Positions 28,063-41,500 of a DNA stretch of 64,000 bases are shown here, in pieces. How positions within the stretch are numbered: position 1 is the stretch's first letter; each line of letters opens with the position of its first letter. The position numbers and the translations under genes were made by a program. The notes beneath the pieces were generated by a model. It was not told the DNA's origin. It saw only the letters and a list, made by a program, of their open reading frames with translations, and made no database searches. Source of the DNA: Sphagnum compactum (taxonomy: Eukaryota); contig OZ234493.1 in NCBI GenBank assembly GCA_965153455.1, positions 14,436,213 through 14,500,212 of the forward strand, written 5' to 3'.

Positions 28063-30238
28063 AAAGGAGGACCCAAAAGGGCTTTCATGATGGTAAAGAG
28101 CTCCTCTGATTTTCTCTAGTGTATGTACATAGAGAGCCCCCCCTTGTAGTAGAGTGTAAAAAATCTCCTGGCTTTTTGAAAATGGCTCCTGCCAGCATTC
28201 TGTTTTTGTAAAGCCTGACATCTTTTATATATATTTTTCTCGAGTGATATGTGCTTGGGCATTATGCGCAACCAAAAGTGAGGTTGCTCTTCATGCTCAA
28301 TAAAGCACCATGGGCAAAGGCATTACTGAAATTGGGTAGCACTCCGTTGTCACCTTGCATGGGCCCTTATTTTGGTAATGACCTCGCCTTTGTGCTTTTT
28401 ACCTTGCACCTAAACATGCCTATATTACTACCTTACCCTGAGGTCAGTTCGGTTTCATCATTAAATAAACCTCAAAATAGTGAAATGAAAATTTGTGAAA
28501 ATGTGAAGTTGAAGTGTTGAAAAATCATCATAATTATCATAGGCTATACTCTGAATAATTTCACTACTCATACATAAATCACAATATTATAGTAGATGAT
28601 GGAAAAAATTATAATTTCAAAATTTAATAAAAAGAATTCATTTTTTGAAAAAATAATAATTATTCATTTTTGTCAATGTGGAAACTAACCAACCCTAGGC
28701 TACTAGGGTAGTTGTAAGAGGGGGGAGGGGAGAATTATGTCACTTGCTCCTTCCTAAGGAGTATAGGTAATATCCCTCTTCTTTTCTATGAGGGAAATTG
28801 AGGGAAATCAGGTGCCCTCCGAACACACTTGAAATTTCTCAACTGCCTGACATGATAGGTTAACGGCCGAGGAGTTGGGTGTTCCCCAAAGAAGCGGCCA
28901 TCTGACCCCCATAAACTTGTGAGCTGCTTTTTTTCCCCTTATTTGGGTCAGACCCAAATGGGCCATATTTCCTCTTCAAAATTAGAAATACTTGTGTCAC
29001 AGTTTCACAGAGAGCTCCTGACAAGAAATCTCACTCCAACAAATTTTATCACAATAGAATACCTCACAAAACACCACGTGAAGTGTGCATGTAAGACTAC
29101 GGTGTGCATGTAAGACTATGGTTCATGGGGAGGCCATTAATTGTGAGATTGAATGAAAGAAAAAAATTGAGATTATATTCTGTTTTCTGCAGTCAAATTT
29201 AATCAAAATGCAATAAAAAGTCCTTTTTAAGTCATTCTAAAAAATGCCAGCAAATTTTGTTTTTTCTTGATTTTTTGTGTGTGCTTATTTTTTGTGTGTG
29301 CCGAAATTCCATATCTCATCTGTACAAAAGACAACCCTCCAGTTTCACTGACTTCTGCTCTCTCATCCAAACTTACATTCTCTCTGTGTGCACTCAGAAT
29401 TGTTCAAATCACAATTTGTTTGGACAAACCGACAAGGACCCTTGTCCTATAATGAATCAGCCAGCCATGCCATCTTGATTGTCATGATGAAATTTTCTCA
29501 TGTATAAATTGTCATTCACGAGAGTTTCCGTCCTTCACCCTGAGGTTTCGAGGGTCAATGGCTCTCCAAAAGGCTTTATTCGTGCATAATTGTCATTCAG
29601 AAGAGATTCTGCCCTTCATCCTAAGCTTCTCAGGGTCAGTGAACTCATCTTCCAAATGCAGGCAACTTGCACATCCAACATTCCTGAGGTCTAGGAAATA
29701 ATAATCAACAAAGTTGCTAATGATGTAGCGGAATCCTTTTCAAATGCCAATTATGGCAATATTCTCTCCCAATTGCCGAAAATCATGTGTTTGTTTACTT
29801 ATTGTGTTAACATGTGTTAAATCCCAAGCACTCAGGGTAGATTCATTTGGAAAATCTTCCATTTTTTAAATTACTTGGGTAACATAAATCATGTGGGTTG
29901 CTTGACATTGGTTGCTTGCTCCTTGATCCATCACTAGTATTTTTCTCTCTTTAATTTGTGTGCGTGTGTTTTGCTTTCACAGCTTTCCATAGTTGAAAAG
30001 AGTGATTAAAAGTGAGGAACTTTGTGGGATGGCAAGCTGTTGTGCATTTCAATTTTGCCTTTTATGAAACTTTCAGGAGCCAAAGTTTTAAAGAGGATGA
30101 TAGATGGGTGGTGGCACTGGAGGGATGATAGGCTACAAGTTTGACTTTGTAACTTTGATGAGATTTTAGATTGGCTTGATTGCATCATCATAGTACCCAC
30201 AAATGTGATGTTTTGGGGATAGGAGTCAGGACTCTCCA

Positions 30239-30263
30239 AGTAGTAGTAGTAGTAGTAGTAGTA
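30239..30263. repeat. (TAG)n microsatellite
   Basis: agtagtagtagtagtagtagtagta seen directly. Confidence 0.9.
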
Positions 30264-33200
30264 CCTTGTAAATTCTCGAAACCAGTGTAGGTATGTGATG
30301 TAACTTATGATCCACAAGCAGGGCTGGTGGCAGGTGCTGAAGAAGTTTCAGAGAAAGTTTTGGAATTCATTATTGCTGTTGGGGCTCCTGATTCCTCTGA
30401 TCCTGATCAGTGATGATGAGTGGGTCTCAAGGTTTTGGGTTTTTTCAAGGGTAACAATAATACTAACAATTATGATAATCTTGTAATCAACACTAGGTAT
30501 TCTCAAGCCCAAATTATTATACCCAAGTTTGTGTCATGTGTTATTTTTTGATCCATTTCATGCATGAGCTTATAGATTGTTTTTTTTTCTAAAAAACAAA
30601 ATTGGGGGAGGGGGGAGGAGGGGGGAGCACAAGTGAAGAAGCACTTTGTTGCATGGAGAAAATGGAACAACAAACCCGGGATAGCAAGGCAAACATCATC
30701 ACAACAAGCAATGGGGAAGGAAAGCTTACTAATTAATGAAACTACTATGCCCAGGCAGTAGCACCATGTAATTTTCAGCCCATCCAATGAACAAGGGGCA
30801 AAGTGGTTGTCCTATTGCTTGCCAAAATCTTGTCTCAAGCTAATCTAGAATGGAGTCCAAATGAACCTCTTTATGTGCTGGAATGCTCATACAGCTATCA
30901 CTAAATACTCTTTGATTTCTACTAATCCATGTTGTCCAAAGTGTGTGACTCGCCCTAAGGCACCATATCCAGCTTCCCCACTTTCATAAAACCTCTGACC
31001 CTCTAGTTTCATCCACCTTGGTGAGTTGATTTTGCTCCTGAATAAGTAAGTATATATGTCAGCCAGTTTTTGTTGTAACTTGCTCTAAATTAAGTAAAAT
31101 GTGGGCTTTGTTTGAGATTGCGATATTTACACACCAAAAGTGCATTTTCTTCATGTGTCCAAAGCTAGTTTTGGGAGAATTGCACAAAAGTGCACCATGT
31201 TCTTGACTCAAACTTGTGGCTGCAATGGTAACGTTTATACTCGTTTTGGTGTGACACTTGTTCCTAATGGCCAAGGACTTCTAGTTTCCTTTGCATCCAG
31301 GTGGGGGAGGGTAGGTTTGCCATACCTTAATTTGGGATGGCCAGCTGCCCATGCTGAATTTGGGTTAGAGCCTCCCCTTGCCTGCCTCCCTAATAAACTA
31401 CACGAGTAAAAAAGACAAGTACTTAAAGAAGAAAGAGTCATGACCTTTGTGAGCTCCGTGGAGAAACCAAGTCACAAAAAGTGCCAAAAGCAAAGCAAAA
31501 GGGGCGAAAAACAGTCCGTTCGAGCTAACAATGGCAGGCATTCTTCAAAAGGCTGAAGGAAATTTGGGCACAACAAACCTTTTAAAACAAACCATCTATT
31601 GGTCTACAAACATCCACATTCTTCAATCTCCAAAACACCATCAACCATCATCGGGTACCAAAGTGTGGGCCATCCGGAATTGGAACCCAAAAAACCAAAT
31701 CGCCTTGGTTGAACCCGTACAAAGAGATGTAAATACATATTTACATGGTGGGCCTTTGTTGTCTTGGGTGATGAACCTGTACAAACTAGAAACATGAGCC
31801 ACCAAAAAATTTGATTCCAAGCCTCTCTCTCTTCATGTCTTCATAGGGAGTTTCAATCACCATCCACATCATCATCCCACTAGCCCCCAAAAAATTGGGT
31901 GCCTAATAGAATGTGAAGAAGAGAACTTGGTCTTGATTCATGGTTTGCATCTGAAGAAAAGATTTTTGGATTTTTTTTTTTTTAATTCAGAATTTTTGCA
32001 TGTCTATATGTACCAAGACAAATGTTTTGTGAGTTTTCCACAGACCATTTTGAGATGGAATGGATAAAATTTTATGTTTTGATGGATGAAAAATGCTGAA
32101 ATTTAGATGATGTGCTTTCAAGTTCCAAGCATATCTTGAGGAAGCAAATAAGGAGAACTATGAAGACAAGTGCAAAACATGGAAACGTCTCCCCCATTAC
32201 TAGGTGCACATTGGACATCCATTGTAGTGAAAGTATAAATTTGGAGACAAGTTTTTGTAAAATAATATCTCTCTTGGACATGAAGGACCTATATGATGCA
32301 TAGATAAAATAATTTCTATGTTTCGCACCCTCTTCCCCCTTTGTTATTGCATTTTGCATGGTATCATAACAATGTTAAGAACATGTTCAACCTTATTGAA
32401 TTAGAAGCAATTGATGAGGAAGGATAGTGGATTTTGTAGAGGCAGAAAGGGTAAAGTGATGTAGCAAGTGATGATATAAGTTATTTTCACGCTCAAATGT
32501 ATGATATAATTGTATAGACGACCCTTCTATACAATAATCTTTGGAACTTCAAAATAAAAAAGTAAGATTTACTAAATTTTTAATGTTGCAGATGGTCAAG
32601 GATAGTTTTTTTTCTTTTTCAATTTTTTGATTAGAGAAAAGTGGCAAAATTTTGCTGAAAAACACAATTTGTAGTCTAAAACCTTTTTCTTCTTTTTTTT
32701 CCATTTTAAAGATCCAAAATAGCAAAAATCACAAAGGTACCCAAGTTGACCCTTCACTTGCTCCCTATTACTAGTGATGATTTCATCATTAGAAGTAACA
32801 TCATCCATTCACATTACAAATATACATATCAAGTTTTTTCTTTAGAAGAGTTGACAAATGAATAGAATTGATATTTTGCATTAACCAAAAGAATAACATA
32901 CTAATACTTATTTGCTCGCTCATTATTATTACAATGAATGTCCTCTTAATGTTATTACAATGTCTACATTTGTTGTTAATTTGCCTCAAAGAATATGCCC
33001 AAGTTGACACCATCCAACATAATAACCAAGTACGCACAAATGGTGTGTGATAGTGTAAGGTCTAGTATGAATAATTTAATGAGGTTTTAATTTTTGTCCT
33101 CAGAAAAATATCCTGAACAATTTATATATCAAGAAAGGTGTTTGTTTGTTTTGTTTGGATGTGACCACGTTATAACCCTTCTAAATTGTGGGGGCCCCCT

Positions 33201-34530
33201 TACGGCCCTCCCCTTTGGTACCATACTATTGTAAAGCTCTTGACAAGGCAATGTGCACATTGCTTGTTTCACAATTTTCGAATCAATGGAGCAAAAGTTA
33301 TTAAATTTAAAATAATAATTTTCATCTCCAAAAATTACTTAATTTTGTAAAAGAAATTCACAAAGAATTCTGTAGTTGATCCCACTTTGGCAGAAATAGT
33401 ACTGAGATGCATGGCCTTATAGGAGGCTTAACATGCTTGGGCCAACAACAAGGGGGCCACTAGTACCAAATTCCAACAAGAGAAGAAGAGTCAATCAAGT
33501 TTATTTTTTAAAAAAAACTAGCTTGAATAATCATTTAATTGCTACCAAAGCAATTTACTTAATGATGAGGCCACACTTCAACTATTGTGTCCATTACCCA
33601 TGTCATCATATATCAAGACTTTGTTAATTCAATCAATGGTCAATAAATCTAACTTTTGATATCCACAATTGAGAAATTAAGTGATGGTTAAGAGGTAATG
33701 GTACCTCAAATCAACAACCTTCTATGGAAATGTCAAGTGGGAATTTAATTTCTTAGAGTCAAACCCTAGAAACATTGAGATTGTCAAGTGACATTTAAAA
33801 TGTGGTAGAATAATCTTCACGCATTTACAAGATTGTTAATGGGATTGAGTGACTAGCCAGCTATTTCTAACTCATCTTTTTGTAGAAGTTACCCATATCA
33901 CACATACCACTAGACACGATTCCAACAAAGGTCGATACGTAGTGAAACAAATTGCTTGGATTAGTGCATTCTAGGTAATGTATATGAGTCTATGCAAATC
34001 ACAACAATTGGTGGTATATATGTCTTGTTACTTTCATTAATTATTATTAAAAGTATACATTTGCAAATTTTTAGGGTCCTAGGTCTGAGTTCTTAGGTTT
34101 TAGGTCTTAGCTCTAAGATTTTATATATAAAGGCATCTTCAATGGTAACACTAAAATGGTCTTTACACAAACACATTGTGTTGTTCCCTATTGTTATTCT
34201 TGGGAAAGTATTGGGGAACATTTTGGAAATCCATTGGAAAATGAAGAAAACTTGATGTAAATATAATGGGAATCTTTTGGGAACTTGGTGAAATCGGTGG
34301 GAAAACATTGATAACGTCAAAGTTCAAAAATTCAAAAATCAATTTTGGGATCATCTTCAAGAACAAGTAGGGAATCAACCTTGGCCTAAACCTAAAACTA
34401 AAATATTTATAAAGGTTGGACCCATCAAACTTGAAACCATTAATCAAAAGATTTTGACATGGCCTTGGAACTAATGGGTTTTAATTTTTGAAAATATTCC
34501 TTAGACTTAAAATTCGAAGTTTTTCATTTT

Positions 34531-36671
34531 AACTAGTAGAAATCCTGTCATTTGCAACTAGTCACTATGCAATTGGCATGTTATTAGCTGTCGTTTGCAA
34601 TTATTTCGATCATGTTTGCAATTACAAATTTCGTATTTTATAATTTTTGGGCCATATAATTATGTGTGCAACTAAATGTGCACATGGACACATGTTATAA
34701 AAATGATGGCCTAAATTTATACATACTTAAATTAGTATGCTTAATATATCTACATAGACTATGTATAATAATATTATGTACCTCTAGCACTAAAGTTAAA
34801 CCCATGTTAACTAAGGCTAGCCGAAACTAACCTAGGTTAAAATAATCATGACTAAATTAAGTTAGGCTAAACTAGTTATGGCTAATCTAAATTAAGCTAA
34901 ATTAAATCAAGTTAAACTAACCATGGCTAAATTAAACTAGGATAAACTAAATTATGCTAAATTAATTTAAGTTAAACTAACCATGGTTTAAATATGTATT
35001 GTAAGTTTTCAAATTTTATTTGTCAAATACATTTAAGTATTTTTTTTGGCAAGTAGAATTTTTTTGTTTTATTTTATTTTGATTCTTTTCAAAAATTGTA
35101 AATTTAATTAAACAAAAATATTCATAATTAATTAATATGATAATATTATAAATTATTATAAATAATCATAATTATTAATCAAACATTTATATATATTAAA
35201 TAGGTATTATATATTTATATTTTATTATTTATGTTAAAATATTTATGGTAAATAGGTTACACTAATTAACTTACAAATACCCAAAAATCCTGAGTTAATT
35301 ACTAGTTTAAACTAGATAATAATATTAAAATAATATTTTCATTATAAATAATTATAATTATTAAAAATATCTTACAATCATCTTTGAAGTGTAAAAAAAA
35401 AGCAGCAATAAAAAATTAACAAGAAAAACAAGCTTCCAAGTTACAAAACATAATTTATTTTTTTTCTTTTTTTTGGACCCCTCCTATTTTCAAACCTCAT
35501 AACTTTCTTATTTTTTATTCATTTTAAACGATTTAAAATGTTATAGGAGCGCCACCTAAAGTTCTACGAATCATCTCTCAACTCTAATAGCACCACAACA
35601 ACATACAAGGAACTTTTTGGGTGTTTGAGAACCGGCCTTTGTAATGTTCAATGGTTTTTGTTTTTGAATTCTTGACCCCCTTTACTTTGGGGGCCATAAC
35701 TTTCTCATTTTTCATATGTTTTCAATGATTTTTAGTGTGTCAGATGCACTAAGAAAAAAGTTTTGTTTGGACACCAAAAACAATGGAGCCCTCCTCAGGC
35801 TGGGTTATTCTAATATAATAGTTGCATCTAATGTGCAACTAAGTTGGTTCTTGAGGTTTGCAATGGAATTTTTTATCCCTTTGGCTTCAAATTCAATTTG
35901 GCACAATATATAACTAGGGGCAATAGCTATGAACTAACCAAATACCAAGTGCCATTGAAGATGAGTGAATAAAAAAAGGTTGACCTTTATAAACCTTAAA
36001 AGTAAAATTGTATTATTCTAAACCTACCTATATAACCTAAGCTTAGCTACTATTCAACCTATTTACATACCTAAGTAACCTACCTACCTAGTAGGGTTTA
36101 ATAAATACTACCTATGTAGGCCCCATGTGTCAACATCTTATTAGCCTTAAATTGGACGACTTAGATTTCATTAATTAATATTTTTAAATTAAAAAATAGG
36201 TGGGCTTTAATTGCCACATGTCACCATATAATTGGTGTTTCAAAATGGACATTTGTCAAATGGTCAATGAACATTCCATGGTGTGCCACGTGTCATCATC
36301 TTAATGGCAGAAATTTTAGCGATTAAAATTAGTCCAATGAATTTCTAATTTTGAAAACACAAAAATAATTTTTAAATGACACATGTCCACAAATAAGTCG
36401 TCCAATTTTTCAACATGTGTCATACTTTGATTTGTTGCATTATAGTTGCAAGGAGAGTTGCACATAAGGTGCAACTACATTTGGATTGGTATGTATGGAT
36501 GAACATGTATATTAGCACCATATATACATGTTGTATATGAAGTGTCGCATGCAATTAAATGTCATGTGCAACTTGTCTTAGGCAACTACATGAATTTGTA
36601 ATTGCATGTGTCACATGCAACTGAATTTTAATTACAAATTACAGTTGCATAACCCAAAGGTTTTACTAATA
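34531..36671. mobile_element. Degenerate non-autonomous CACTA/EnSpm-like element
   Basis: Left end (a)actagtagaaatcct and right end aaaggttttactaata resemble decayed CACTAGTAGAAA TIRs. Both subterminal regions are rich in tgcaacta/tagttgca motifs. There is an internal short-period array (gctaaattaaacta/gttaaactaaccatg) at 34800-34990. Confidence 0.5.
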
Positions 36672-37133
36672 TTATACAAAATTTTAAAATCAAACTTAAT
36701 GATTTTTGTAAAAATCAACAACTGGCCAACATTGGTTTGAATATCAAATTTAAAAATGATAAACATTCTCCTCATGGATAATAAATGTGAACTACACAAA
36801 CCAACCAATTATTTGACTTTTGTGAAGTCTATAACATGTTTTGACAACTTGTGCATCTTTAGATTCCTAAACAAAATAGTTTTATGAACCATAAAATATC
36901 AAAATATTCATTAAAAGTTATTGAATAAACTTTGTTAACTTTTGAAGATCACAATGAATCAAATTAGTATGTTGTTTCGCTACTATTTTTACCTAAATTC
37001 CATATAAGCAGATTTTGACGTGCTTATGTATGTTGTAAGAAACATGTTATTTTTAATTTGCACACTTTTGATTTTCCATTTGTATCTCTCAAGCTTCATT
37101 AAAAGATTATTTTAAAAACTTGGGTAGCATGAG

Positions 37134-37449
37134 ATGAACATCACAAATTTAACATGCAACGAATTAATAATGAAAATATTGCAAAGTTCATTCATTCATA
37201 GGTTCATACATTTTACACACAAACATTATGCATTGAAAACATGTTTGACACTTAAATAAATGTGTTGGCGGATAAAGTACGAATGTATGAATGAACAAAT
37301 GTCACACGAATTGCACATCTTGCAATAATTTGTATGTCAAATGTGTTTTCAATGCATGATATTAGTGTGTGAAACGTACGAATTATGAATGAACTAATGT
37401 TACATGATTTCCATTTTTAAGTTGTGAGATGTTATGTTTGTGATGAAGG
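37134..37449. mobile_element. Fold-back (long inverted repeat) element, Mutator-MITE-like
   Basis: catcacaaatttaacat...ttcattcata...cacacaaacattatgcattgaaaacatgtttgaca pairs with tgtcaaatgtgttttcaatgcatgatattagtgtgtg...tatgaatgaa...atgttatgtttgtgatg. Imperfect arms of about 115 bp. Confidence 0.7.
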
Positions 37450-37562
37450 TCTAATAGCTAAATGTTTAAAGTTTTCCCATTTGTCAATGTTATGTTGACA
37501 TATTTCATCCAAGTTTTACATCTTTGTACAATATTCATCCACTAGATAAAATTGTTGTTTTA

Positions 37563-38365
37563 AGGTGAAAACACACTAAGATGTTACCAAAAAATTGATG
37601 TATAAAAAATTTGATGGCACACATTAAACTGAAATTTTGATGACACCATTTAGTTATCTTAAAACACAAGCAAAAAATTTTAAAATTTGCATGATAACTT
37701 TTTGAAATTCAAAGTTCATTTTGAATCAAAATTAATTTTGATATAATGGTTAAATGAAGAGGATTGGATAAAATCAATGTATATAGAATATTTAATTAAA
37801 TTTTTTTGATGGCCATAAGGTTTCATGTTTATGGTTCATGAAACATTACCAAAAACTCTTAAAACAAAATAAAACGCAATGCCCATTTATAGAATTTATT
37901 CCTTTCTAATATGTTCTTCGATATGGTAGTGATTTTCTCTAAAAAAAAGAGATTGTTATGCATGTACTGTTAAACAAATGCAAAAAACACATTTTTTGAA
38001 TGAAATTTTTTTCAAAACCTTTAAACTTGACCATAGGTATAATTAATGCATATCAATATCATACACCATAAAAAAATTCACCCAATAATTCCACCCTCAA
38101 CCTTAGTTTTGAAATATATGTGCAAATTTTCAAACCTTGTGATGAATATTATTTTGTCACAAATATATTCCATATGTTCAAGTTTTTTAGTTTTTTTTGG
38201 ATTTTTAAAAAATTGATTATATTAAGTTTAAAGTTCATCAAATATACTTAACACAAACAAAAATAATTCAAATACGTTGTCTATATGTTACTAAAAAAGA
38301 TAATTATAAAACTAAGTATATACTTGTGATTACAATTTCGGGGGGGCTTAGTGTGCTTTCACCCT
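37563..38365. mobile_element. Non-autonomous TIR element with TTA target-site duplication (PIF/Harbinger-like), nested in the copia 5' LTR
   Basis: tta|aggtgaaaacacactaag ... cttagtgtgctttcaccct|tta. The 3' LTR shows the empty site ttgtTTAgtgat at about 45402-45413. Confidence 0.85.
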
Positions 38366-38494
38366 TTAGTGATTTTTTAACAAAATTACACACTTCAAAT
38401 AATTTAATAAGAGATTAGGCTTAAAAAAGATATTTAATGGACCTTTTTGGTATCCAAATCAATTATTCAATACAATGCATATTATGTAGCAATT

Positions 38495-38506
38495 TGGTAG
38501 TAGAGC
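38495..38506 (+). promoter_or_regulatory. Primer-binding site (degenerate tRNA-iMet type) of the copia element
   Basis: tggtagtagagc matches 10/12 of the canonical TGGTATCAGAGC and lies 3 nt after the LTR-terminal CA. Confidence 0.7.
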
Positions 38507-41500
38507 AAAGTAAACCATCTTCATATGCAGACTCTTCAAAATAGTTTATTGTTTTTCCATCTATATTTTTTTATCACAATGGAAAACTACAAGGAATTGC
38601 GAAAGAATATGAAATTGGAAGAAATTTCAAACTATGTTGTATGGAGTTTTAAAAAACAACAAATTATGATGAAGGAGAAGACCTAGATTTGCATGAATGC
38701 AGGAATAACATTCTAGTGTTTAAGAAAATATTACCTACTATTGCCATTAGTTTAAAACAATGGTACTACCATTGAATGGGATTTCGTAGATGTTGAAGTT
38801 GTTAAGAAGGGGAAGGCATTGACTTTTAAAAAGGTTCACATTTGTTTTGAAATCTACATTAAATATTGAAGAGTTGAAAGTTAAGCTTTGACTATTGTCA
38901 CTTTGTTAATGATGGATAATGTGTTTCTAAACATTATGCATTTCAATGATCATATCTTAATGTGGAATATACTTAAAAATTTGTATTGAATTTAATGCGA
39001 TTCTAGAATATTGATGTTAAAAAACAAGTTGCACATCTTTCCGTGTTTGAATCTAAGAATATAAAAAATAACTTGAAAAACATGAACATACTAATAACCT
39101 AAGTTTTTTTCTTTTGGTGTGATAGTCTTTGACGTTGAGCTAATATATTTGGTGATAAATGTGTTGTTTGGCAACTGTAGCAACTACAGTCAAATCCTTG
39201 CAACTTGAGACATCATCCCTTCATTCATCAAATTGGAAAGAATTTTAGTGCAAGAAGAATTTATGAAAGATGTTATTTAATCAAAGATTCGAGAAGACAA
39301 AGTCATGTTGGTTCAAAGATGCTATTATATTCATGATCTAAGACAAGAAACTATGTCATACCTCAACAAGTTAATATGGAACACCATTCAAAGTTAAAGG
39401 TTTTTGCCCAAACTAAGGGTAGGATCAATATTAGGCATTGATTGGAGGCCAAGGGTGTTTTAACTAGTGTTGCATAGTTCTTCCTTTTGGAAAGAACCTT
39501 TGGTCTTGGTATTAACATTATAAAATTGATTTGGAGGTTCTTTGGGTGGGGGTTTGCACCCCATTTTTCCAATTTCTTTACCTTTTGATTCCAACTCTAG
39601 CACATTTCAAATTGAAGAACCTTCAATTATGGTTCAAAAATTAAATTTGGTTCCATGTACACATTCCCCAATGCTAGAAACTATGTGGGTACAAAATTCT
39701 ACAAATAATTAAAACTAGGCTTTGTGTAGGTATGGAATTCAACAATTGTTTAAAATTAATACTTAACTATAAACTTTAGCTTATTTATTTACATTTATTT
39801 TAGAATTCTTATTTAAAGATCTTGAGCTTGTTTTCAAGAATAGTTTTTCATGATTCCAAATCTAACAAAAGATTAATTCCATGATTTAGGGATTGTGCTA
39901 GTTCCAACAAAAGGGTGTCAATTTAGGTCTGGGTCACAAAACCTAAACACAAACCCTTGGTTTTTACCCTACAAACCAAATACCCTCACAATTTTACTTT
40001 TAACCATTACAATGGATTTGTGCGACAAGGAGATTACAATTATAATGCACTCTGTAACCACTATGGTAGTCCTTATCATTCCTCTCAAGATTGTGGCATT
40101 TGTGAGATGGAAGATGAACTTGCTAAAGTAACGTTATCAAAAGGGAAGCTAGTTAATGTTGAAAGTAGATAGAAAAGAAAGAATTCACTTTGAAAGGGAA
40201 ATGAAAAACTATAGCCCAAGTCATAGAAGCATGCCTCACCTCAACTTGCATAGTTGTACCCAAAGATAGTGCTAAGAAAGAGTGCACTTAGATATTAGTG
40301 CAAGTGAGTACATTATGGGCAACAAAAAGTTGCTTGAAAATTTGCAAGATGAATATAAATTTATTGTCAAAATAATAGGAGGCCAACATCTTCCCAGGTG
40401 AAACATCCCTTGTAGTTGATGGTGGAATAAAAACTACTGATATTCTCTATGTTCTTGGCATCACTAAATTTTTTTTATTAGTATGTGCCTTTGTAAACTT
40501 TGGATTTTTTGGATTTTGTGTCTTCTTTAACCACACAACATAGGTGTTTGATAAACACAATCATAGTAAAATCTACCTAAAGGGCACAAGAGATCCCTTC
40601 AACAAACTATACAAACTACGAGTCAATTCAACCTATACATAAATTCATGCAATAGTAAATAATGTAGAAGATACACCAACAATAATAGATTTATGGCACA
40701 AAAAGAATTGGTGATAACAACTATTAGTCATTATACCATTTATCACAAAGAGGATTCATTATTTGATTACCAAATATGCCCCTAGTTAAACATTTTTTTG
40801 AAAGTTGCATGTATGGCAAAAGTCAAAACAAGCGATTTCCAAAATCCAATAGTATAACTACAACCAGACCTTTACAATTGGTTCATACTAACCTTTGTAA
40901 CCCATTTAAATCATCTTTAAAAAGTCACAGGTATAACTTGACCTAATTAATTGATAACTTAACAAGAAAACTTGGATCTATTGTGATGTTAACAAGGATC
41001 AAACCATGTCCAATTGTTTCAAATTCAGAAAGAAATGGAAAAAAATACATGAAAGAAAATATATTGCTTGAGGTCAAATACATGTCTAAAATATTCATTA
41101 AATATTGTAAGGATGAGGGGATCCATCACCAATTTATCACATACTATTCCCCTCAACAAAATAAAATGGTTTTGCGAAAGATCAGGCATGTCCAAAAATT
41201 AAATCATCTAACAAGCATGGTTGTGACAACAAAATTGTTTATATACCTTTGCGAAGAGAAAGCTAATGAATACATCTCTTATTAGAACCTTGAAATTCAA
41301 AACTAAAATATACAAACCAAATTTACCAAACCTACAAGTCTATGGTAATATTGCTTACATTCACATCCCAAAATAAAAGAAAATGATACTTGAACTTTGA
41401 AAACTTAATTTGAGTTGGTTATTATAAGAGTCAAAGGCTTGTAGATGTTATTTAACCTAGTGACAAGGAAATTTTTAATAAAATATGTTTTTTTTAATGC

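Noticed and set aside
30000-31900. Possible gene between the kinase promoter and the TE block
   Set aside because: Some splice-like signals are present, but there is no joinable reading frame or recognisable product.
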